A stretch of DNA of 64,000 bases from Pseudomonadota bacterium (GTDB taxonomy: Bacteria; Myxococcota_A; UBA9160; PR03). Location: positions 1,221-65,220 of the forward strand of contig QEVM01000013.1 of assembly GCA_003576805.1 (NCBI GenBank), read 5' to 3'. Made by a program: the position numbers and the translations under genes. A model generated the notes under the pieces. It saw only the letters and a program-made list of their open reading frames with translations, searched no databases and was not told the DNA's origin. Below, piece by piece: positions 34,744 through 44,379 of the stretch (the first letter of the stretch is position 1; each line of letters starts with the position of its first letter).

Positions 34744-36018
34744 ATGCGCGCTCTTCCGGTCGCACGGTCGCTCGCCGCGCTGGCGGGCGCCGCGCTCGCA
34801 GCATTCGCCAGCGGCGCCGCCGGCGCCGACGGCGACGTGCTGGAGGTGGAGCTGCGCCACCCGCCAGCGCGCAGCGAGGTCGACTCCGGCAAGGACGCCT
34901 TCGTCGCGGGCAGCGCCTTCGTGCGGCTCTCCGCCGAGAACGGCGTCGACGTCGTGATCGCGATCGACACCTCGACCTCCGCCGGCGCCGACATGGGCGT
35001 CGACCTCGACGGCGACGGCCGCGTCGAGACGCGCTTCGCGGGACCCGACTCGGTGCTCACCGCCGAGATCCGCGCCGCGGACGAGTGCCTCCAGCTCTTC
35101 GAGGGCGCGGGCGTGCGCGCCGGGCTGGTGCGCTTCGCGGGCGATCCGGCGTCGTATCCGGGCATCCCGCAGTACTTCGAGCCGCCGCCCGAGGCCACGA
35201 TCGTGTCGGAGGTGACCGACGACGTCGCGTCGGTGCGGCGCCGGCTCGCCGGACTCGCGCAGCCGGAGCCCGCCGGGCGCACCAACTTCGTCGCGGCGCT
35301 CGAGCACGCGTGGGAAGCGTTCCCGGCGCGCCGCGGCAAGCGACACCGCGCCGTGATGCTGCTCACCGACGGCACCGCGACGGGCCCGGCCGCGACGCCC
35401 GCCGAGAACGTCGACGCGACGCTCGCGGCGATGCGGCGCTTCGTCGACGCCGGCGTCCAGGTGCACACCTTCGCGATCGGCACCGGCGCGCTCGCGAACC
35501 CGGTGCTGGTGATGCAGATGGCGGACATGACGGGCGGCTTCTTCACGCCCGTCGAGAACCTCGCCGAGCTGGTCGAGCTGGCGCGCCGCGTGGCGGCCAC
35601 CAACGTCGCCGACGTGTCGGTGCGCAACCGCACCACCGGCCAGGCCGCGCGCAATCTCTACCTCAGCCGCGACGGCGAGTTCGGCGCCGACGTGCCGGTG
35701 CGCGCGGGCGAGAACGTGATCCAGGTGACCGCCGCCGCGCGCGGCGGCGCGACGCGCACCCGCGAGATCGTGGTGGTCGGCCGGCCGGGCGCGCGCGCGC
35801 CGCGCGTGCCGCCGGGGCTGCGCGAACTGGAGAAGGGCGTCATGGCCGAGCGCCTCGACCGCCTGCGCGAGCGCACCGAGCAGTTGCGCGAGAAGCTGCG
35901 CCAGCAGATGGTCGTCGAGATGGAACGGCAGCGCGAGCGCACGCGGCAGCGCAAGGAGCTCGAGCTGCGCGTCCAGAAGGAGCGGCCCGAGCGCGCGCCG
36001 CGCGCGGACGCGCCGTGA
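34744..36018 (+). CDS. secreted von Willebrand factor A (VWA) domain protein with C-terminal coiled coil
   Basis: Signal peptide MRALPVARSLAALAGAALAAFASGAAGA. MIDAS DTSTS ... LLTDGTAT. The tail ERLDRLRERTEQLREKLRQQMVVEMERQRERTRQRKELELR is heptad-like and charged. Confidence 0.75.
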   Translation: MRALPVARSLAALAGAALAAFASGAAGADGDVLEVELRHPPARSEVDSGKDAFVAGSAFVRLSAENGVDVVIAIDTSTSAGADMGVDLDGDGRVETRFAGPDSVLTAEIRAADECLQLFEGAGVRAGLVRFAGDPASYPGIPQYFEPPPEATIVSEVTDDVASVRRRLAGLAQPEPAGRTNFVAALEHAWEAFPARRGKRHRAVMLLTDGTATGPAATPAENVDATLAAMRRFVDAGVQVHTFAIGTGALANPVLVMQMADMTGGFFTPVENLAELVELARRVAATNVADVSVRNRTTGQAARNLYLSRDGEFGADVPVRAGENVIQVTAAARGGATRTREIVVVGRPGARAPRVPPGLRELEKGVMAERLDRLRERTEQLREKLRQQMVVEMERQRERTRQRKELELRVQKERPERAPRADAP

Positions 36019-37436
36019 CGCCGCCGGGCGCCGACGACGCGCTGCTGCTCGCGCCGCTCGCCGAGGTCGCGGAGCGGCTGCGCACGCGCCGCCTCTCGCC
36101 GGTGGAGCTCACGGCCGCGGTGCTCGCGCGCATCGAGCGGCTCGATCCGGCGCTGCGCGCCTTCGTCACGGTGACGCCCGAGCGCGCGCTCGCGGCGGCG
36201 CGCGAGGCGGAGTCGGCGATCGCGAGCGGCCGCTGGCGCGGGCCGCTGCACGGCGTGCCGGTGTCGCTGAAGGATCTCTTCGACGTGCGCGGCGTGCGCA
36301 CCAGCGCGGGCTCGCGCTTCCTCGCCGAGCACGTCGCGCAGGACGACTCCGCCGTCGCGGCGCGCCTCGAGGCGGCCGGCGCCGTGCTCGTCGGCAAGGC
36401 GAACTTGCACGAGTTCGCGTACGGAACGACCTGCGACTCGACGATCGCCGGCGCGATCCGCAATCCGTGGAAGCGCGACGCGATCCCCGGCGGCTCGAGC
36501 GGCGGCTCGGGCGCGGCGGTCGCCGCCGGGCTCGGCTTCGCGTCGATCGGCACCGACACCGGCGGCTCGGTCCGCATCCCGGCGGCGTGCTGCGGCGTGG
36601 TGGGCCTGAAGCCCACGTTCGGGCGCATCAGCCGGCACGGCCTGGTGCCGCTCGCGCCGTCGCTCGACCACGTCGGGCCGCTGACGCGCACCGTGCACGA
36701 CGCCGCGCTCGTCTTCGCCGCGCTGGCGGGACACGACCCGCGCGACCCGGACTCGCTCGCGGCGCCGGTGCCCGATCTCGCGCAGGCGGCCGGCCGCGGC
36801 GTGCGCGGGCTGCGCCTCGGCATCCTCGACACGACGCTCGAGTCCGCGTCGAGCGAAGTCGCGGCTGCGGTCGGCGTCGCGGCCGAGCGGCTGCGCGGCG
36901 CCGGCGCGGAGCTGCGCCGCGTCTCGCTCGCGACGCTCGAGTCCGTGCGTCACGCCGCCTTCGTGATGCTGTTCGCCGAGTCGCTCGCGACGCACCGCGC
37001 GCGCTTCGAGAGCGAGCCCGAGCGCTTCTTCCCCGACGTGCGCGCCCGCTTCGAGCGCGCGCTCCCGCTCAGCGCCGTCGACTACGTCGCCGCGCTCGAG
37101 GCGCGGCGCGCGGGCGCGGCCGAAGCGCTGCGCGCGCTCGCCGAGGTGGACGCGCTCGTCACGCCGACGCTGCCCACCGGCGCCGCGCCGTGCGGCGCGA
37201 CGCAGGTCGCAGTCGACGAGCGCGCGGTCGACGTCGCCGTCGCGAACACGCTGTACACGCGCGAGTGGAACGTGCTCGGCTTCCCCGCGCTCTCGGTGCC
37301 GTGCGGCTTCACCGGCGACGGCCTCCCGATCGGCATGCAGCTCGTCGCGCGGCCCTGCGACGAGGCGACGCTGGTGCGCGCCGGCGCGGAGTATCAGCGG
37401 CTCACGGACTGGCACGCGCGCGCGCCGGCCTTGTGA
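36015..37436 (+). CDS. amidase-signature family amidase
   Basis: GTG 36015 overlaps the upstream stop (GTGA). GGSSGGSGAAVAAGLGFASIGTDTGGSVRIPA amidase signature, Lys in VSLKDLF. Confidence 0.9.
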   Translation: MTPPGADDALLLAPLAEVAERLRTRRLSPVELTAAVLARIERLDPALRAFVTVTPERALAAAREAESAIASGRWRGPLHGVPVSLKDLFDVRGVRTSAGSRFLAEHVAQDDSAVAARLEAAGAVLVGKANLHEFAYGTTCDSTIAGAIRNPWKRDAIPGGSSGGSGAAVAAGLGFASIGTDTGGSVRIPAACCGVVGLKPTFGRISRHGLVPLAPSLDHVGPLTRTVHDAALVFAALAGHDPRDPDSLAAPVPDLAQAAGRGVRGLRLGILDTTLESASSEVAAAVGVAAERLRGAGAELRRVSLATLESVRHAAFVMLFAESLATHRARFESEPERFFPDVRARFERALPLSAVDYVAALEARRAGAAEALRALAEVDALVTPTLPTGAAPCGATQVAVDERAVDVAVANTLYTREWNVLGFPALSVPCGFTGDGLPIGMQLVARPCDEATLVRAGAEYQRLTDWHARAPAL

Positions 37437-37509
37437 TCTCGCCGCTCGCCTTCGGCTCGCTACGCGGGAAACGGGCGCTGTTGCTTCGATCGTTGCAGCG
37501 AGCTCGCGT

Positions 37510-38424
37510 TTACGTGCGGCGGCGGGTGTGGGAGCCGGGGATGGCTTGGCCGGAGGCGTAGTCGTAGAAGCCGCGGCCGGTCTTGCGGCCGAGGTAGCCG
37601 GCGTCGACGTGGCGCTTCAGGAGCGGGCAGGGCCGGTATTTGTCGTCGCCGAAGACGCGGTGCATCACCTCCATGATCGCGAGGCAGGTGTCGAGCCCGA
37701 TCAGGTCGGCGAGCTCGAGCGGTCCCATCGGGTGGTTGGTGCCGCGCTTCATCGCGGTGTCGATGTCCTCGATCGTCGCGACGCCCTCCATCGCGCAGTA
37801 GACGGCCTCGTTGATCATCGGCAGCAGGATCCGGTTCACGATGAAGCCGGGCGAGTCGCCCGAGACGAGCGTCTCCTTGCCGAGCCGGCGCGCGAGGCGC
37901 TCGGTCGTCTCGTGCGTCGCGGGGTCGGTGGCGAGCCCGATCACGATCTCGACGAGCGGCATCTGCAGCGGCGGGTTCATGAAGTGCATGCCGATCACCT
38001 GGCCGGGGCGGCCGCTCTCGCGCCCGAGCCGGGTGATCGAGATCGACGACGTGTTCGACGCGAGCACCACGCCGGGGCGGCAAACGCGGTCGAGCTTGCG
38101 GAACAGGTCGAGCTTGACCGGCTCGGACTCGGTGACCGCCTCGATCACGAAGTCGCAGTCCTCGAACGCGTCGAGATCCCAGACGAGCCCGACGTTGGTC
38201 TCGGCGGCGCGCCGTTCTTCGGGCGCCATGCGCCCGCGCTGGACCAGCCGGTCGAGCAGTCCGGTCACGTTCGCCTCGGTTCGCTCGATCACGCGCGGGT
38301 CGAAGTCGTGCAGCAAGACCTCGATGCCGGATTTCGCGATCGCGAGCGCGATGCCGGTGCCCATCTGACCTGCGCCGACCACGCCGACGCGCCGCACCGC
38401 TTCGGAACCGGGGATTTCCGTCAT
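37510..38424 (-). CDS. 3-hydroxyacyl-CoA (3-hydroxybutyryl-CoA) dehydrogenase
   Basis: ORF trimmed to ATG 38424. VGVVGAGQMGTGIA Rossmann motif, SNTSSISIT, HFMNPPLQMPLVEIV, PGFIVNRIL. Confidence 0.88.
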   Translation of the reverse strand: MTEIPGSEAVRRVGVVGAGQMGTGIALAIAKSGIEVLLHDFDPRVIERTEANVTGLLDRLVQRGRMAPEERRAAETNVGLVWDLDAFEDCDFVIEAVTESEPVKLDLFRKLDRVCRPGVVLASNTSSISITRLGRESGRPGQVIGMHFMNPPLQMPLVEIVIGLATDPATHETTERLARRLGKETLVSGDSPGFIVNRILLPMINEAVYCAMEGVATIEDIDTAMKRGTNHPMGPLELADLIGLDTCLAIMEVMHRVFGDDKYRPCPLLKRHVDAGYLGRKTGRGFYDYASGQAIPGSHTRRRT

Positions 38425-38536
38425 GCTCGCCGAACGAAGCAATCGACGTGCCGCGCGCTTGGAGGCGTTCGTGCAGATTCTCGAACGACCGGCGGGCGTC
38501 TCGGCGTATCGTGAAAGCGAGCCGGCGAGCGACATG

Positions 38537-38555
38537 TCGCGAGGTGAACTCGCGA
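38537..38555. promoter_or_regulatory. inverted repeat, candidate enhancer (UAS) site
   Basis: TCGCGAG-gtgaa-CTCGCGA, centred about 118 nt upstream of the predicted start site of the sigma54-type promoter at 38638. That is the usual distance for an enhancer-binding-protein site. Confidence 0.3.
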
Positions 38556-38637
38556 TATCTCGCCACGCTGCGCCGCCACGCTCGCACGCGCCTCGCCAAC
38601 TAGCTGATTTTGCAGTCGCTTCGTTCGCCCCAGGGCT

Positions 38638-38654
38638 CGGCACACGGTCTGCAT
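38638..38654 (+). promoter_or_regulatory. sigma54-type (-24/-12) promoter candidate for the long rightward gene train
   Basis: cGGCACAcggtcTGCATt: GG at 38639-38640, GC at 38651-38652, correct 12-nt register. It lies about 40 nt upstream of the first gene. A sigma54 activator gene sits in the same train. Confidence 0.6.
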
Positions 38655-38692
38655 TTCGATTCTCCGTCAACGCAGTAGCGCGGAGAATTCCC

Positions 38693-39037
38693 TTGTTGTT
38701 CGCGGTCATCATCGACGAAGCATCGGCGAATGGTCACGACGCGATCGCGAAATATCGCGATGCGCGGCGCGCCCTGCTCGAAAGCCTGCAGAAGCGCGGG
38801 ATCTTGCTGTTCGAGGGGACGCTCGGCGACTCCGGCAGCATGATGATCCTCGAGGCCGAGTCGACCAACGACGTCCTGCACGTCCTCCAGCGGGATCCCA
38901 CGGTGATCCTGCCCTTTCCCAACCGCGTCGTGATCCGACCGCTCACCGTGAACGTGGTCGGCGATTGGTCGGCGCTCACCGGGTCCGTCCATCCCGCCGT
39001 GGCGTCCGCCGCCACGCGAGGAGTCACCACCTCTTGA
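38693..39037 (+). CDS. YciI-like family protein
   Basis: Start placed at TTG 38693, 7 nt after GGAG. The in-frame upstream part of ORF 38423 has only about 50% GC3, versus over 90% downstream. FAVIID...ARRALLESLQKRGILLFEGTLGDSGSMMILEAES...LQRDP fits the YciI pattern. Confidence 0.6.
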   Translation: MLFAVIIDEASANGHDAIAKYRDARRALLESLQKRGILLFEGTLGDSGSMMILEAESTNDVLHVLQRDPTVILPFPNRVVIRPLTVNVVGDWSALTGSVHPAVASAATRGVTTS

Positions 39038-39576
39038 AGCTCGAGATCAGCTCCGAAGTCCTCCCGCATCCGCCGCAGCAGGTGTGGAACCTGCTGCTCG
39101 ATCCGACGGTGCTCTCGCGCCTGCTGCCCGGCGTCGAGAAGTTCGACGCGGTCGGGCCGGACTCCTACGAGGTCGTCGTGAAGCTCGGCGTCGGCGCCGT
39201 GCGCGGCACCTACAACGGCAAGGTCCAGCTCACCGACCAGCAGCCGCCGTCCAGCTACAAGCTGAAGGGCGAGGGCAAGGGCGCGCCGGGCTGGGCCAAG
39301 GGCGAAGTGCTCTTCAGCCTGATCCCCGAAGCGGGCGGCACGCGGGTCAACGCCAAGGCGGACGCGCAGATCGGCGGCGCGATCGCCGGCGTGGGCCAGC
39401 GCATGATCGAGGGCGTCGCCAAGAGCATGGCGCGCGAGTTCTTCTCCGCGGTCGGGCGCGAGCTCGCCGGACAGAAAGTGCAGGTGAGCCAGGCCGGCAT
39501 GGGCTTTCGGCTCTTCATCCGCATCGTCCGCGACTTCTTCGCCTGGCTCTTCGGGCGCGGAGCCGGAGCGAAGTGA
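39034..39576 (+). CDS. CoxG-like SRPBCC protein
   Basis: TTG 39034 overlaps the upstream stop (TTGA), with AGGAG upstream. (M)KLEISSEVLPHPPQQVWNLLLDPTVLSRLLPGVEKFD...GGAIAGVGQRMIEGVAKSMAREFF matches the CoxG family. The C-terminal tail is hydrophobic and amphipathic. Confidence 0.8.
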   Translation: MKLEISSEVLPHPPQQVWNLLLDPTVLSRLLPGVEKFDAVGPDSYEVVVKLGVGAVRGTYNGKVQLTDQQPPSSYKLKGEGKGAPGWAKGEVLFSLIPEAGGTRVNAKADAQIGGAIAGVGQRMIEGVAKSMAREFFSAVGRELAGQKVQVSQAGMGFRLFIRIVRDFFAWLFGRGAGAK

Positions 39577-39625
39577 ATGAGGCTCTCGACCATCGAATCG
39601 CTGTCGACCAGGAGGTGACGTCCGC

Positions 39626-40495
39626 ATGAAGCCGCCGGCTTTCGATTACGTCTGCGCCCGCTCGCTCGACGAGGCGATCGACGCCCTCGGGCGCCGCCCG
39701 GGCGAGGCGAAGATCCTGGCGGGAGGCCAGAGCCTCACGCCGATGCTGAACTTCCGGCTCGCGCACCCGGGCATGCTCGTCGACATCAACCGCATCCCGG
39801 GCATCGACGCGATCCGCGACGACGACGGCGGCGTGCGCATCGGCACGCTCGCGCGCCACCGCGCGATCGAGGTGAGCGACTCGATCCGCAAGAAGTTCCC
39901 GATCCTGACCGCCGCCGCCGCGCACGTCGGCCATCTCGCGATCCGCAACCGCGGCACCTTCGGCGGCAGCATCGCGCACGCCGATCCGGCCGCGGAGTGG
40001 CCGATGCTGGCGCTGCTGCTCGACGCGCAGATCGAAGCGAAGGGTCCGCAGGGCGCGCGCACGATCCCGGCGCGCGAGTTCTTCACGACCTTCCTCACCA
40101 CTGCGCTCGGCGACGCCGAGATCCTCACCGAGGTGAAGCTGCCGGCCCTGCCGGCGAAGACGGGCTGGGGCTTCGAGGAGCTCTCGCGCCGGCCCGGCGA
40201 CTTCGCGCTCGCGGCGGTCGCGGCGATCGTCACGCTCGACGGCAAGACGATCAAGGACGCGCGCATCTCGATGGGCGGCGTCGGCGGCACGCCGCTGCGC
40301 GCGCCCGGCGCCGAGGCGCTGCTGCGCGGCAAGCCCGCGGACGCGGCGCTCTTCGAGCAGGCCGGCAAGAAGGCGGCCGAGGAGTCGGATCCGTCCAACG
40401 ACGTGCACGCCACCGCCGACTACCGGCGCCACCTGGTGTCGGTGCTCACTCGCCGCGCGCTCACGAGCGCCGCCGAGAAGGCCGCGCAGGGTTGA
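39626..40495 (+). CDS. XDH-family FAD-binding medium subunit (CoxM-like), set 1
   Basis: 289 aa. KILAGGQSLTPMLNFRL, IRNRGTFGGSIAHADPAAEWP and a C-terminal CO_deh_flav-like domain. Confidence 0.9.
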   Translation: MKPPAFDYVCARSLDEAIDALGRRPGEAKILAGGQSLTPMLNFRLAHPGMLVDINRIPGIDAIRDDDGGVRIGTLARHRAIEVSDSIRKKFPILTAAAAHVGHLAIRNRGTFGGSIAHADPAAEWPMLALLLDAQIEAKGPQGARTIPAREFFTTFLTTALGDAEILTEVKLPALPAKTGWGFEELSRRPGDFALAAVAAIVTLDGKTIKDARISMGGVGGTPLRAPGAEALLRGKPADAALFEQAGKKAAEESDPSNDVHATADYRRHLVSVLTRRALTSAAEKAAQG

Positions 40496-40529
40496 TCCAG
40501 CGAACCATCCGAGGGGAGCACATCCGAAC

Positions 40530-41012
40530 ATGAGCGCGAAGCACAAGATCTCCGTCACGCTGAACGGCAAGAAGATCGAGCGCGAGGTCGAGCCGCGGCT
40601 GCTGCTCGGCGACTTCCTGCGCGAGGAGATCGGGCTCCTCGGCGTGCACCACGGCTGCGAGCAGGGCGTGTGCGGCGCCTGCACGATCCTGCTGAACGGC
40701 GACAGCGTGCGCGCCTGCCTGATGTTCGCCGTGCAGGCGGACGGCGCCGAGATCACCACCGTCGAGGGCATCGGCGAGCCCGGCAACCTGCACCCGCTCC
40801 AGCAGAGCTTCTGGGATCACCACGCGCTGCAGTGCGGCTTCTGCACGCCCGGCATGCTGCTCACCTCGATCGACCTGATCAAGAAGTACCCGCTCGAGAA
40901 CGACGAGCAGATCCGCCACGGCCTCTCCGGGAACATCTGCCGCTGCACCGGCTACCAGAACATCGTGACGGCGGTCCGCGAGGCCGCACCGGGACTGCGC
41001 GCCGCGAAGTAG
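40530..41012 (+). CDS. XDH-family (2Fe-2S)-binding small subunit (CoxS-like), set 1
   Basis: 160 aa. CEQGVCGACTIL and QCGFCTPGML...CRCTGY cluster motifs. Confidence 0.93.
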   Translation: MSAKHKISVTLNGKKIEREVEPRLLLGDFLREEIGLLGVHHGCEQGVCGACTILLNGDSVRACLMFAVQADGAEITTVEGIGEPGNLHPLQQSFWDHHALQCGFCTPGMLLTSIDLIKKYPLENDEQIRHGLSGNICRCTGYQNIVTAVREAAPGLRAAK

Positions 41013-41033
41013 CGCGAAGGGAACGGCGACGAC

Positions 41034-41917
<884 letters not shown>

Positions 41918-41921
<4 letters not shown>

Positions 41922-43195
41922 GCGACGCCGCGCGCCCGGTGTGGCTGCAGCTCGCCTCGCGCGAGACGGACCTCGTCGCGGCGGTCGTCGGCTTCGGGCG
42001 GCTGCTGCGCCAGTGGGGCGTGCAGCTCCACGCGGGCGCGTCGCTGGTCGCGCTCGAGACGCTGCGCGTGATCGACCTCGAGCGCCGCGAGGACTTCCGC
42101 TTCGCGCTGTGCGCGGCGCTCGTGCACCGCCCCGAGGACCGCCCGCTCTTCGACTACCTCTTCAACTCGTACTGGGCGACCGGCGCCGACCGCCTCGCGC
42201 CGCCGGCCAACGAGGGCCTCGCGAACCGCCCGGTCGACGCCAAGCGGCTCGGCCGCGACGTGCCCACCGAAGACTCCGTCGAGGGCTCGATCGGGAGCTT
42301 CCGCCCGCTCGGCTCGTCGCTCGGACTCTCGCCCGACGACGGCGACGAGTCCACCGACGTGCGCTCGGCGCGCCGCGGCCGCGTCGTCGAGATGGCGGAC
42401 GACGCCGCGGGCGGCGCGGCGCGCGCCGAGCTCGAGCGCGTGGCGACGCGGCTCTCGAGCGTGCTCGCGACGCGGCCGTCGCGCCGGCGCCGTCCCGACC
42501 GCTTCGGCCCGATCGTCGATCCGCGCGCCACGCTGCGCGCGAGCCTGCACCAGGGCGGCATCCCGATCGAGCTGCGCCGCCAGCGCCGCCGCATCGCGCG
42601 CCCCCGCCTCGTGCTCTTCTGCGACGTCAGCCGCTCGATGGACGAGCACGCGTCGCTGCTGCTCGAGTTCTCGGCCGCCGTGCTGCGCCGCTTCTGGCAG
42701 GTCGAGGTGTTCCTGTTCGCGAGCCGGCTGGTGCGCGCGCGCTCGACGTGGAGCGAGCGCACCCTGCCCGAGCTGCGCCGCATGATGCCGGAGTGCGGCG
42801 GCGGCACGCAGATCGGCGCGGCGCTCGCCGAGTTCCTCGACGGCTACGGGGCCGCGCTGCTCGGGCCGGCCACCGTCTCGCTGATCCTCTCGGACGGCCT
42901 CGACGCCGGCGAGCCCGACGTGCTCGCGCGCGCCATGGAGCGCCTCGCGCGCCACTCGCGCGCGGTGATCTGGCTGAACCCGCTGCTCGCGCAGAGCGGC
43001 TACGAGCCGCGCGCGCGCGGCATGGCGGCGGCGCTGCCGTACGTCGACCTGTTCGCCCCGATCCGCGACGCGCGCTCGCTGTGGGAGCTGCTCGAGCGCC
43101 TGCGCGCGGCGTCGGGCTCGCGGCGCAATCGGGGCTTCGCGATTCGAGCCGGCGCGTCCGAGCTCGACGCGACGCAACACACGGGAGCGATCTAG
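41918..43195 (+). CDS. VWA domain protein (CoxE-like), copy 1
   Basis: ATG 41918 overlaps the upstream stop (ATGA). LVLFCDVSRSM MIDAS, ILSDGLDAGE and IWLNPLL blocks typical of the VWA_CoxE family. Confidence 0.85.
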
Positions 43196-43231
43196 GTGCT
43201 TCGAACCAACGAACGCAACAGGGAGGGCGCC

Positions 43232-44236
43232 ATGGCAAGGACCCCGATCGCGGCGATCGTCGCCGCGGGGCTCGCGATCGGAATCGCGGGCCTGGCCGGC
43301 ACGGCCGCCGCGCAGGAAGAGATGATCGCCGGCAAGCCGTACTCGATCACGCCCGGCGACAAGCCCGGCACCTTCGTCTGCCAGTGGGGCGACGAGAAGG
43401 TGAACTGGGAGCCGAAACCCTGGCATCCGACCTCCTACCGCGAGCTCGGTCCGAAGGTCTACGACCGCTGGACGCAGCCCGGCCTGCCGTATCCGTGGGA
43501 GATGCCGCTCGAGCAGCGCGTGCAGCAGACGGGCGCCGAGATCCACGACCGCTCCTACACCGCGCTGTACTTCGGCGAGTTCGGCCAGAACTACATCACG
43601 CGCTGGGCGATCGACCTGATCTCGCCGGACGGCGTGCACCGCGACAAGGAGCTCCACGAGTGGATGGTCTCCTATCGCATCAACCAGGGCGGCCTCGGTG
43701 CCGACGAGGTCGGCAAGGTCCGCGCGAAGTACATGTTCACCTTCATCGCGCCGAACGACTTCCGCGGCCTCGGCATCTCGACGACGATCTACCACGGCGA
43801 CAAGTTCAACGACGAGTTCCTGTACACGCCGGCCGCGCGCCGCGTCCGCCGCCTGCCGCAGGCGGCGCGCCAGGACATCATCCCCGGCACGATCACGCGC
43901 TGGGAAGACTTCCCGCAGGTGAAGCCGTTCCCCGACATCGACTACAAGGTCGTCGGCCACACGCTCTACGCCGGGCAGTCGCCCGATACGATCGGCTTCA
44001 AGACCGAAGGCCAGTCGAAGGGCGAGCAGGTCCAGATCGGCATCGACGGCGTCTGCGAGCCGTCGTACATCCTCGAGATGACGCCGCAGTCGAAGTCGTA
44101 CTGGTACGCCAAGCAGCGCCGCATCATCGGTATCAAGACCGGCAGCTCCTGGTACGAGGAAGTCTTCGACTCGAAGGGCGAGATCACGCGCAAGCGCGTC
44201 AACCGCCGCTCGATCGCGAAGGACGACCCGACATGA
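43232..44236 (+). CDS. DUF1329-family (LolA-like outer-membrane lipoprotein-sorting) protein
   Basis: ATG 43232 after GGGAGGG. Signal peptide. YTPAARRVRRLPQAARQDIIPGT resembles the conserved RRVRR block of DUF1329. At 334 aa it may be short for the family. Confidence 0.7.
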   Translation: MARTPIAAIVAAGLAIGIAGLAGTAAAQEEMIAGKPYSITPGDKPGTFVCQWGDEKVNWEPKPWHPTSYRELGPKVYDRWTQPGLPYPWEMPLEQRVQQTGAEIHDRSYTALYFGEFGQNYITRWAIDLISPDGVHRDKELHEWMVSYRINQGGLGADEVGKVRAKYMFTFIAPNDFRGLGISTTIYHGDKFNDEFLYTPAARRVRRLPQAARQDIIPGTITRWEDFPQVKPFPDIDYKVVGHTLYAGQSPDTIGFKTEGQSKGEQVQIGIDGVCEPSYILEMTPQSKSYWYAKQRRIIGIKTGSSWYEEVFDSKGEITRKRVNRRSIAKDDPT

Positions 44237-44334
44237 ACCAGTTCTGGATCGACTACCCGCAGATGCCCCGCGACATCGTGAATCTCGACAACCTGCAGAA
44301 GGAGCCGACGCGAAAGATCCTGTTCTGGCAATGA
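44233..44334 (+). CDS. 33-aa ORF coupled to the DUF1329 gene (or its frameshifted C-terminus)
   Basis: ATG 44233 overlaps the DUF1329 stop (ATGA). MNQFWIDYPQMPRDIVNLDNLQKEPTRKILFWQ. 30 of 33 codons end in G/C, which is strong coding bias for this genome. Confidence 0.45.
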   Translation: MNQFWIDYPQMPRDIVNLDNLQKEPTRKILFWQ

Positions 44335-44342
44335 GAGCCGGT

Positions 44343-44379
44343 CGTCTCCGGCGCGCGCGGCTCGCGCGCGCCGGAGACG
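44343..44379 (+). terminator. 17-bp perfect GC-rich stem-loop inside the gene train
   Basis: CGTCTCCGGCGCGCGCG-gct-CGCGCGCGCCGGAGACG, 9 nt after the small ORF stop. No U-tract. It could be a terminator, attenuator or processing site. Confidence 0.5.

Noticed and set aside
38423-38692. Upstream 90 codons of track ORF 38423-39037 as part of the YciI-like protein
   Set aside because: GC3 in this part is only about 50%. It also contains the sigma54-type promoter and the inverted repeats. Coding bias and an SD begin at TTG 38693.
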